Positions 56,395-64,000 of a stretch of DNA of 64,000 nt are shown piece by piece. Position numbers and translations under genes: made by a program. The notes beneath the pieces are model-generated. The model had not been told where the DNA came from. It did no database searches and saw only the letters and a list, made by a program, of their open reading frames with translations. How positions within the stretch are numbered: position 1 is the stretch's first letter; each line of letters starts with the position of its first letter. Origin of the DNA: Gemmatimonadota bacterium (GTDB lineage Bacteria > Gemmatimonadota > Gemmatimonadetes > Longimicrobiales > RSA9); NCBI GenBank assembly GCA_007126035.1, contig SLCC01000022.1:19777-83776 (forward strand), in the 5' to 3' direction.

Positions 56395-57308
56395 GCGCTC
56401 CGGGCGCCCGCGGCCCCGGCCGTGTCAGCCGCACGGACACCAAGCATATCGAGCCCCGGTACCTGGCGCTTCTGGAGGCGGAGCGGAGCCGCTGGTGGGA
56501 CGATTCGAATTTCGACACCTGGAAGAACCTGTACGTCAGCGAGTACGCCCGGGGGCACCAGGTGGTCAACACCATCCACAGGTACTTACCGGACTTCCAG
56601 ATCGCCGGGTCGGATGTGCTCGACGTCGGGTGCGGCGACGCAGGCGTGCCCATCGCCTTCGCTAAGAGAGGAGCCCGGGCGGCGGGGATCGAGCCGGATC
56701 ACGCCAGCATCGCCCGCGGGCGGGTACGGGTCCAGGAGCACGGTGTCTCGGTGGACCTGAGGGAAGGCGTGGCCGAAGAGCTTCCCTACCCCGACCGCTC
56801 CTTCGACCTTGTCGTGCTGGACAACGTGCTCGAGCATGTCCGGGACCAGCGCCGCACGCTGATGGAGATCCACCGGGTGATCAGGCCTGAGGGCCTGCTT
56901 TATCTGGTAACACCCAAGCCATTGGCGTTGTACAGCTTATGGAACGACCCCCACTACGATATGGCAGGCCTGGTGCTGCTGCCCCGCAGGCTACAGGTCT
57001 GGTATTTCGAGAAGGTGCGCGGTGGCGGCGAGGGCTCCTACGACGTGGGCCATATCCCCACCCGTCGTCGTCTGCGCCGGCTCTTGCGGGAGGCGGGCTT
57101 CGAGACGGTGGTGGAGCCCCGAGAGCTATGGATCCATTACCTTCGGGAGCGGATAGCCGAGCCCGGTGAGGTCCGACCGGGTCTGAAGCGACGGCTGGCT
57201 GGTTGGCTGCGGCGGCGAGAATGGCCGTTCCGCAACCCGGTCATGCGCTGGTTCTGGGACGTGGCGCTGGGCTCGAACATCTTCATCTCGCGAAAGGGCT
57301 CCTCGTAG
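56391..57308 (+). CDS. Class I SAM-dependent methyltransferase
   Basis: It has SAM-binding motif I (VLDVGCGDAGVPIAFAKRGARAAGIEPD) and motif II/III spacing (FDLVVLDNVLEHV). It has an ATGA overlap with the upstream GT4. Confidence 0.75.
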   Translation: MSAPGARGPGRVSRTDTKHIEPRYLALLEAERSRWWDDSNFDTWKNLYVSEYARGHQVVNTIHRYLPDFQIAGSDVLDVGCGDAGVPIAFAKRGARAAGIEPDHASIARGRVRVQEHGVSVDLREGVAEELPYPDRSFDLVVLDNVLEHVRDQRRTLMEIHRVIRPEGLLYLVTPKPLALYSLWNDPHYDMAGLVLLPRRLQVWYFEKVRGGGEGSYDVGHIPTRRRLRRLLREAGFETVVEPRELWIHYLRERIAEPGEVRPGLKRRLAGWLRRREWPFRNPVMRWFWDVALGSNIFISRKGSS

Positions 57309-58414
57309 TGCGTGTTCTCCACCTGATCTATGACGACCGTGGGAACCCGTGGGTGGCAGGCGGCGGCGCGGTCCGGGCGTTCGAGATCTACCGCCGCCTC
57401 TCCGGCCAGGTGGACGCGACGATCGTCACGGGGTCGTACCCTGGAGCGAGTGCCGGCGAGGAGTTCGGGGTGACGTTCAGGCGGGTGGGTGCCCGGCGAC
57501 CATACGCCTGGAGCCGACTCAGCTATGCTCTGAAGGCCAACCGGATCCTGAGGAGGGAAGCGTATGACGTGGCGGTGTTCGACTATTCCGCCTACACGCC
57601 TATCTTTCTGCCGGAGCGCCGGCCGGTGGGCATGGCGGTGCACCACCTTACCGGCCCGACTGCACGGGGCCGGTGGGGTAGTCTGGTGGGCGCGGGTATA
57701 GCGGCGCTGGAGCGGTCGATGCTGAGGCGGGCTCGCCATGTGAGCCTCTCTGCCGCGGTGGTCGAGCCGGAGGTGAGGCGCCTCGCGCCGCAGGCCGAGG
57801 TGGTGGTGGTCGGCGCTGGTGTGGGCGAGGAGTTTTTCGAGTTGACGCGACGGGAGGAGGACTACCTGCTCTTCTTCGGGCGACTGGATGTCTTCCAGAA
57901 GGGTCTGGACGTTCTGATCGACGCGTTCCGGATGATCCGCTCCGACCGTCCGACGCTGCGGCTCCGGATCGCGGGTCGTGGCAAGGACGCGGCGCAGGTG
58001 GTGCGCCTAGTAGAGCGGGCCGGCCTCTCCGGTGCCGTGGAGATCATGGGACCGGTATCGGACCGGGAGCGACTCGAGCTGCTCGGCGGCGCTCTGCTCA
58101 TGCTCATGCCGTCGCGCTTCGAAGGCTTCGGGCTGGTGGCGGCCGAGGCGATGGCGGCAGGCGTGCCCCTGGTGGCCAGCGACGCGGGCTCGCTGCCGGA
58201 AGTCGTGTCGTACCCTGAGGGCGGCGTGATCGTCCCCGCGGGTGATGCGGGCGCCCTTGCCGCCGGTGCGACTGCACTGCTCGAGGACCGGCCTCGCCGG
58301 ACCAGGCTGTCACGGACGGCGCGGGAGACGGCACGGAGGTTCACGTGGGACGCGGTGGCGGACCGGCACCATCGCTTTCTCGAGCTCATAGCCGGCATTC
58401 GTACCGTAGACTGA
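57308..58414 (+). CDS. GT4-family glycosyltransferase
   Basis: It starts at GTG 57308 (VRVLHLIYDD...). The C-terminal motif is EGFGLVAAEAMAAGVPLVASDAGSLPEVV. Confidence 0.8.
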   Translation: MRVLHLIYDDRGNPWVAGGGAVRAFEIYRRLSGQVDATIVTGSYPGASAGEEFGVTFRRVGARRPYAWSRLSYALKANRILRREAYDVAVFDYSAYTPIFLPERRPVGMAVHHLTGPTARGRWGSLVGAGIAALERSMLRRARHVSLSAAVVEPEVRRLAPQAEVVVVGAGVGEEFFELTRREEDYLLFFGRLDVFQKGLDVLIDAFRMIRSDRPTLRLRIAGRGKDAAQVVRLVERAGLSGAVEIMGPVSDRERLELLGGALLMLMPSRFEGFGLVAAEAMAAGVPLVASDAGSLPEVVSYPEGGVIVPAGDAGALAAGATALLEDRPRRTRLSRTARETARRFTWDAVADRHHRFLELIAGIRTVD

Positions 58415-58415
58415 G

Positions 58416-60809
58416 ATGCCGAAGAAGCCGACACGGAAGGAAAGCAGGGCCACGCCGCCTCCGGCGGCACCGCCCATTCTCAACCTGCCACTCGCCACGG
58501 GCATCTTCTTTGGCCTGGCCTTCGTGTACTTCCTCCCTGCCCTGCTCCCCGGCCAGGGGATCTTCGGTACCGACTACCTGGCAGGTGGTTACCCCTTCAG
58601 CGACTTCATTGCCGGTCGCCTGCGGGACGGCGAGCTGCCCATGTGGGTGCCGTACGTCTATGGCGGGCTGCCGCTCTTCGCCAACGCCGGCAGCACGTTC
58701 CACCCGGTCTGGCTGCTGGCGGCGCTGACATTGCCCGTGGGCGCCGTACTGCCCGTGCTCTTCCTTGTCCAGTTCGGGCTGGCAGGACTGGGGATGTTCC
58801 TGCTCCTCCGGGAGCTGGAGGTCAGGCGCTGGATCGCATTCCTGGGCGGGCTGGCCTTCCAGTTCACCGGCCTCCTCACGTCCTACGTGTACGCCGGTCA
58901 CGACGGCCGCGTAATGGTGGCGAGCCTGGCGCCAATGTTCTTCTTCTTCATCCACCGTCTGGTGCGGACCGGCCGCCTGGGTCCGGCGGTCGGGGCGACG
59001 GCGACGCTGGCGTTCTGCTTCCTCTCCTTTCAGATCCAGAGCAGCTACTACCTGCTGCTGGGTGGCCTGTTCTGGGGGATCTTCGCCCTGGCCATGATCC
59101 GGGTGGGCGGTAGGGCCCTGGCAGGGCGACTCGTCCTGGGCTTCGGGTCGGTGGCTGTGGCCTTCATCGTCGCGTCGGTCAACTTCCTGCCGTTCATGGG
59201 ATACGTGGACGCGTCACCCCGGGGCGGCGAGGAGGCTCGTGGCTTCGAGTACTCGGTGTCCTGGGCCATGCCCCCTTCCGAGTTGGCGGCCCGGGCGGTG
59301 CCGGAGTGGGAGGGGGCCAGCGTCATCGATCCCAACACCGGTGAGCCCCTGTTCCCAGAGTACCGCGGCGAGAACCCGTTCAAGCTGCACACCGAATACG
59401 TCGGCGCCTTCGCCCTGCTCCTCCTTATCCTGGGCGTCTGGTACGGGCGACGCGACCCGTACTGGTGGTTCTTCGTGGCTCTGGGCGTCTTCACCCTGAG
59501 CATATCGTTCGGGGGGCATACGCCCATCTACCGGCTCTATTACGACTTCCTCCCCGGCACGCGTCTGTTCCGAGCCCCGTCCATATCGTTCTTCCTGGTC
59601 TCCACGGCGTTGGTGGCCATGGCCGGGCTGATCCTGGAGCGTGTCGCGACGATCCGGGACGTTGCCAGCACCCGTCGTCGCGATCGCCGTGACGACACCA
59701 GTCTGGCCCAAGCCAGCTGGATCACGGCCGGGTGCTTTGCCATCGGGCTCCTCCTGGTCCTGGTGGGCAGCGCTGCCGGAGGGGACGCTGGTCGGGGCAT
59801 GGGGTTCGTACGGTTCGGGACATTCCTCCTGCTCACCTCGGGACTGCTCTGGGTCTGGCTCAACGACCGGCTGTCCACCGGGGCCGTGATCGTGGGGCTG
59901 GCCCTGGTTACGGTGGCCGACCTCTGGCTCGTGGGCCGTCGCTTCCTCCATACGGTGCCGCCGCCGCAGGTCTGGTTCCAGGCTGATGACGTCGTCCAGG
60001 CCCTTCCGGCCACGCCCGGAGCCGACAGGGTGTGGGTGCTCCCGGTGGGACCACAGTACCGCGGCACTGGTAACTATCTGATGGCCCACCGTATCGAGCA
60101 GGCTGGTGGCGAGCACCCCAACCCACTCCAGCGCTGGTATGAATACGTGGGGGAGGGTGCGGGACACTACGTGGACTGGTCCAACTTCCTGGGGGAGAGC
60201 CCGACATACCGCCATGCCGCCAACATCCGCTGGATCGTGAGCATGGTCCAGCTCGAAGGCGCCCCGCAGTTCGAGGGGGTGCGCCTGATCCACGGCGGAC
60301 CCGGCGCCCTGGTCTACGAGGACCCGAATGCCCTGCCCAGGGCGTTCCTGGTGGGCGGGGTGCGGGTGTCCGAAGACCCCGACGGGGCCCTTGCCGTTCT
60401 GGCGGACCCCGACTTCGACCCGCTGGCGGAGGCGGTGGTCCACGAGCATCCCCGCGTGCCCCTGGAGGCGGGACACGTGGTGGGTGCGGCAGACATCACC
60501 ACCTGGTCGCCCGACGAGGTCCGGATATCGGTGCAGTCCGACCGTCCGGCCCTCCTGGTCCTGGCGGACAACCACTACCCGGGCTGGCAGGCGGAGGTCG
60601 GCGGCCAGCCGGCGCCCATTCTCCGTACCAACCACACCTTCCGCGGCGTCGAGGTTCCCGCGGGGCAGCACGAGGTGGTGTTCCGGTTCAGACCCGCCCA
60701 GATGCTGGCCGGCTTCTGGATCTACCTGGTGGGAATGCTGCTGTTGGCCGCTTACGGAGTGGTGGCGGCGGTCCAATACTGGCGAGCTAGGCCGTCGGTG
60801 GCCTCATGA
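58416..60809 (+). CDS. YfhO-family GT-C membrane glycosyltransferase
   Basis: It is 797 aa with more than 10 TM helices in the first ~480 aa. The periplasmic C-terminal domain ends with the YfhO-typical block DNHYPGWQAEVGGQPAPILRTNHTFRGVEVPAGQHEVVFRFRP and a final TM helix. Confidence 0.75.
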   Translation: MPKKPTRKESRATPPPAAPPILNLPLATGIFFGLAFVYFLPALLPGQGIFGTDYLAGGYPFSDFIAGRLRDGELPMWVPYVYGGLPLFANAGSTFHPVWLLAALTLPVGAVLPVLFLVQFGLAGLGMFLLLRELEVRRWIAFLGGLAFQFTGLLTSYVYAGHDGRVMVASLAPMFFFFIHRLVRTGRLGPAVGATATLAFCFLSFQIQSSYYLLLGGLFWGIFALAMIRVGGRALAGRLVLGFGSVAVAFIVASVNFLPFMGYVDASPRGGEEARGFEYSVSWAMPPSELAARAVPEWEGASVIDPNTGEPLFPEYRGENPFKLHTEYVGAFALLLLILGVWYGRRDPYWWFFVALGVFTLSISFGGHTPIYRLYYDFLPGTRLFRAPSISFFLVSTALVAMAGLILERVATIRDVASTRRRDRRDDTSLAQASWITAGCFAIGLLLVLVGSAAGGDAGRGMGFVRFGTFLLLTSGLLWVWLNDRLSTGAVIVGLALVTVADLWLVGRRFLHTVPPPQVWFQADDVVQALPATPGADRVWVLPVGPQYRGTGNYLMAHRIEQAGGEHPNPLQRWYEYVGEGAGHYVDWSNFLGESPTYRHAANIRWIVSMVQLEGAPQFEGVRLIHGGPGALVYEDPNALPRAFLVGGVRVSEDPDGALAVLADPDFDPLAEAVVHEHPRVPLEAGHVVGAADITTWSPDEVRISVQSDRPALLVLADNHYPGWQAEVGGQPAPILRTNHTFRGVEVPAGQHEVVFRFRPAQMLAGFWIYLVGMLLLAAYGVVAAVQYWRARPSVAS

Positions 60810-61759
60810 CCACGCTGCGGCGGTGGCGATCGGTACTGGGCCTGCTGCTGGTCCTGGCCGCCGCCGCGTTCCTCGGCCTCACCATCGCCAGACACTGGCG
60901 GCAGGTGGTGGTTTTCGATTGGGACATCGACTGGGTCCTGCTGGTGATCAGCGTACTGGCCCTGGCAGGCGTCTTGGCCTGGGGGGTCGTGGTGTGGAAG
61001 CTGGTGCTGGACCGGTTCGAGCACCCTCCCATACCACTCGTCCAGCTCCTCAGAATATGGTACCTGTCGAACCTGGCCCGCTACGTACCCGGCAAGATCT
61101 GGCAGTTCGTCGGCGCCGCCGAGCTGGCACGGCTGGCGGGGATATCCCGCGCCGTTATCCTCACCTCGATGGTCGTACACATGGGGTTCTCCCTCCTGGC
61201 AGCCGCCATCACATCCCTGCTGGTCCTTCATGTGAATGGTCTGCCCGAGGGCGTCCCCATTGCGGGACTGCTCGCCCTCGCCCTTGCCGCCTTCGCCCTG
61301 GTACACCCGGGCCTCCTCAACCGCGCCCTGGCATTGGTAGCCAGGGTGACCCGGCGGAACGTCCTGGGCTGGGACGGCCGGTGGCGCGACGGCGTACTGC
61401 TGCTCACGCTGTCCGTGGTCTCGTGGATGTTCTACGGAGCCGCCTTCACCCTCTTCTTCCATTCCGTGGTGGGCACCACCCCCGGCGCCATCCTCCCCCT
61501 GGCCGGCGTGAACGCCCTTTCGTTCCTGACGGGATACGTGGTGTTCCTGACCCCGGCCGGGCTGGGAGCCCGGGAGGGTGTGATGGCCGTGCTCCTGCGA
61601 CCATTCGCACCAGCCGCCGTCGCCGCAATGGTGGCGGTACTGTCCCGCCTGTGGACCATGGTCGCCGAGTTGTTGGGTGCGGCGATCCTGATCCTCATCA
61701 GCGGGACCGGAAGCCACGCCGACTCGGCGCACGTGGGCTCCCGGCCGAAACGACGTTAG
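60806..61759 (+). CDS. UPF0104 / LPG-synthase-TM (MprF flippase-domain-like) membrane protein
   Basis: It is 317 aa with ~8 TM helices. The motifs YLSNLARYVPGKIWQFVG and FLTPAGLGAREG are typical of the flippase-like domain family. It has an ATGA overlap with yfhO. Confidence 0.7.
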   Translation: MTTLRRWRSVLGLLLVLAAAAFLGLTIARHWRQVVVFDWDIDWVLLVISVLALAGVLAWGVVVWKLVLDRFEHPPIPLVQLLRIWYLSNLARYVPGKIWQFVGAAELARLAGISRAVILTSMVVHMGFSLLAAAITSLLVLHVNGLPEGVPIAGLLALALAAFALVHPGLLNRALALVARVTRRNVLGWDGRWRDGVLLLTLSVVSWMFYGAAFTLFFHSVVGTTPGAILPLAGVNALSFLTGYVVFLTPAGLGAREGVMAVLLRPFAPAAVAAMVAVLSRLWTMVAELLGAAILILISGTGSHADSAHVGSRPKRR

Positions 61760-61780
61760 CCGACAACGGACCGGCCGGCC

Positions 61781-62800
61781 TCAACCCAATGGCGGACTGA
61801 CCCTGCGCCGGTCGTCATCTGCCGCGTCCGACCGGTTCAGATGACGTCTGAGATGATCGAGCTCCGTGTGCTGTTGGGCCATCATCTCCGCCACCAGGCC
61901 GAACCCGAACAGCAAGAATCCCAGCGTCTCCAGCAGTATCACCAGGTACAGGAGCGGCCGGAACCCGAACGGTGGCATGACCTGGGCGATCCGGAGCACG
62001 ATGGTCACGAGCCCCACCAGGACTCCCAAGCCCGCAGTCACCATCCCACTGAGCCCGAAGAACATCATGGGCTTGCGAGAGAAGAAGAGGAAGAACGCCA
62101 CCGCCATGAGGTCCAGCAATCCCACCACGATCCGGCTGTGCGCCGAATACTTCGCCTCGCCATGGCGGCGGGGATGTAGCTTGATATCGATCTCGGTGAC
62201 AGTGAAGCCGCGGTCGTGGGCGATCACCACGAAGAAACGATGCCAGTCGTGGCGTAGCGGGACCTCGTCCAAAACCTCCCGCCGGAACGCCTTCATGGAG
62301 TTCAGGTCGGACACCGGAACCCTGAACAGGGTCCGGCTCATGCGGTTGTACGTGCGTGAGACACTCGCCTTCTCGTACTCCCCCACCTTGCGGCCGGTCA
62401 CGATGTCCCAACCCTCGGATAGCTCGTCCAGGTAACGGGGGATCTCTTCAGTATCGTGCTGGAGGTCAGCATCGTAGAGGACCAACCACTCGGCGTCGGT
62501 AGCCTCAGCACCCGTCAGCAAGGCTTCCGTCTTCCCGAAGTTGCGGCGATGGCGCACCACCTTGAACCGATCCCAGCCAGTGGCCGCCGCCTCGGCTCGC
62601 TCCGCCGTACCGTCGGTTGAGCCATCGTCTACCAGCACCACCTCGCCCTCGAGGCCATGCCGCTCAAACGTGCCACGAAGCTCGCTCACCAGCTCCGGTA
62701 CGTTCTCCGCCTCATTGTACGCCGGGACTATCACCGCGAACCGACGCCGCACCAGCCCCCGGGGAATGGATCTGTCCGGCACCCGCCGGGCCGCTACCAT
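61781..62800 (-). CDS. Polyprenyl-phosphate glycosyltransferase, GT2 with C-terminal TM helices (GtrB/ArnC/CsbB type)
   Basis: It carries FAVIVPAYNEAENVPEL, VVLVDDGSTDGT and VLYDADLQHDTEEIP motifs, then two or more TM helices (AVAFFLFFSRKPMMFFGLSGMV...; LLYLVILLETLGFLLFGFGLVAEMM). The start is taken at ATG 62800. The frame is open to 62923. Confidence 0.8.
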   Translation of the reverse strand: MVAARRVPDRSIPRGLVRRRFAVIVPAYNEAENVPELVSELRGTFERHGLEGEVVLVDDGSTDGTAERAEAAATGWDRFKVVRHRRNFGKTEALLTGAEATDAEWLVLYDADLQHDTEEIPRYLDELSEGWDIVTGRKVGEYEKASVSRTYNRMSRTLFRVPVSDLNSMKAFRREVLDEVPLRHDWHRFFVVIAHDRGFTVTEIDIKLHPRRHGEAKYSAHSRIVVGLLDLMAVAFFLFFSRKPMMFFGLSGMVTAGLGVLVGLVTIVLRIAQVMPPFGFRPLLYLVILLETLGFLLFGFGLVAEMMAQQHTELDHLRRHLNRSDAADDDRRRVSPPLG

Positions 62801-62947
62801 CCTTCGTACCAGGGGAAATGGATCGTGGAGGGCGGAACCATATCGTGACTCGCCATAGCCGTACCAATACCGCCGCCACCGGCCACGGTCAAGCACCCCA
62901 CGACGGGTGGGACGCCAGTACACCCAACGCCCACCCCGGCCTGCTTG

Positions 62948-64000
62948 CTAGACCCGCTTCCTCATGCGCGCCGAAAGTATGCCGAGTTGGTCCCGGTACT
63001 TGGCAACCGTGCGGCGGGCAATCTGGACACCCTCCTCCTTCAGGATGTTGACGATCGCCTGATCGGTAAGGGGTCGCTTCGGGTCCTCGTCCTCCACCAG
63101 CGTCTCAATCTTGGCCTTGATCCCCCGAGCGCTCACATCCTCACCGCTACTGGTGGACAGGCCGCTGGAGAAGAAGAACTTCAACGGCAGGACCCCCCGG
63201 GGCGTCTGGACGAACTTCTCGTTGGTCACCCGGGAGACGGTTGACTCATGCATCTCTATGACCTCCGCCACCTCACGGAGTGTCAGCGGCTTCAGGTACT
63301 GGACGCCCCGCTCGAAGAACTCCCGTTGCCGGTCCACGATGAAGTTCATCACCTTCAGCATCGTCTGACGACGCTGCTCGATGGCCTGGATCATCCAGTT
63401 GGCACTGTTCAGCTTGTTGGAGATGAACTCCTTGTTCTCCCCCTGGAACTTGCTCTTGTCCCGCGCAATCTCGCGGTAGGTCCGGGACAGCTTCAGGCGC
63501 GGCAGGCTCGTGTCGTTCAGGAATACGTGGTAGCTCCCGTCGATCTTCTCAACGATCAGGTCCGGCGTGATGTAGTTGTCCGATGGCACCGCATACTTCA
63601 GCCCCGGCTTCGGATCCAACTTCGCGATCTCGTCTGCCGCGGTCTGCACCTCCTTCGGCGTGATCCCCAGCTCCTTCGAGATCTCGGACCAGCGATGGTT
63701 GATCAGCCGGTCGAAATGATCGTAAACGATCTGGAAGGTCCGCGTATCCTCCAGCTCCAGGTCCCGGAGCTGGAGGATGAGGCACTCCCTCAGACTCCGC
63801 GCACCCACACCGGATGGGTCGAAGCGCTGGATCCGTTCCAGCATGCCCTCGGCTTCATCCAGGGTATAGGGTTCCACCGGCTCGCCGCCGGCCCAATCGG
63901 TGCCGTGGACCTTGAGCCATTCATTGAGCCCGATCACCACGTCCTCCAGTGAGCAGGCCAGATAGCCGTCGTCATCGATGTTCCCGATGATCTCCTCTCC
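62948..64000 (-). CDS. rpoN: RNA polymerase sigma-54 factor RpoN, C-terminal ~350 aa (5' end outside the window)
   Basis: It has a core-binding/CBD region, an HTH and the RpoN box (ARRTVAKYRDQLGILSARMRKR) at the C-terminus. The frame stays open to the window edge (...GEEIIGNIDDDGYLACSLEDVVIGLNEW...). Confidence 0.9.
   Translation of the reverse strand, partial: GEEIIGNIDDDGYLACSLEDVVIGLNEWLKVHGTDWAGGEPVEPYTLDEAEGMLERIQRFDPSGVGARSLRECLILQLRDLELEDTRTFQIVYDHFDRLINHRWSEISKELGITPKEVQTAADEIAKLDPKPGLKYAVPSDNYITPDLIVEKIDGSYHVFLNDTSLPRLKLSRTYREIARDKSKFQGENKEFISNKLNSANWMIQAIEQRRQTMLKVMNFIVDRQREFFERGVQYLKPLTLREVAEVIEMHESTVSRVTNEKFVQTPRGVLPLKFFFSSGLSTSSGEDVSARGIKAKIETLVEDEDPKRPLTDQAIVNILKEEGVQIARRTVAKYRDQLGILSARMRKRV

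Noticed and set aside
59214-61800. ORFs 59214..60776 (-, 520 aa), 60328..61800 (+, 490 aa) and 60752..61732 (-, 326 aa)
   Set aside because: These are shadow frames over yfhO and the UPF0104 gene. Their composition is Arg/Gly/Pro/His/Gln-rich, whereas the accepted frames encode coherent TM helices.
63248-63952. 234-aa plus-strand ORF antisense to rpoN
   Set aside because: The opposite strand encodes an unmistakable sigma-54 C-terminal region including the RpoN box.

Overview
The window is a visibly GC-rich bacterial chromosomal segment, with third codon positions almost all G/C. It is densely packed with about 60 genes, many of them overlapping by 1-4 nt. All family assignments come from motifs read in the supplied translations; no database search was run. 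Gene content points to a diderm organism, though which phylum is only a guess. It includes lipid A genes (fabZ-lpxA-lpxB-lpxK), a TonB-dependent receptor, a complete System I cytochrome c maturation operon (ccmABCDEFGH), lgt, murJ and rpoN. Housekeeping genes include nadB, rlmH, bshC, uvrC, larC, der-plsY-gpsA, surE-pcm, fbaB, maeB, a class I fumarase and one tRNA-Arg(CCT). I saw no transposase, integrase, CRISPR array, rRNA or prophage. The most unusual element is a 1,653-aa ORF (31915..36876, minus strand). It carries the phosphohistidine swivel domain and ATP-grasp domain of PEP-synthase-type enzymes in reversed order. It has no recognisable PEP/pyruvate-binding barrel and about 900 aa of unassignable N-terminal sequence. 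Its stop overlaps the maeB start (ATGA), and it is divergent from the fumarase gene. The second region of interest is a two-armed envelope glycoconjugate cluster (53152..62923). It encodes two polyprenyl-phosphate glycosyltransferases, two GT4 enzymes, a methyltransferase, a PlsC-type acyltransferase, a YfhO GT-C enzyme and an MprF-type flippase-like protein. Many long ORFs in the supplied track are GC-driven shadow frames and were rejected.
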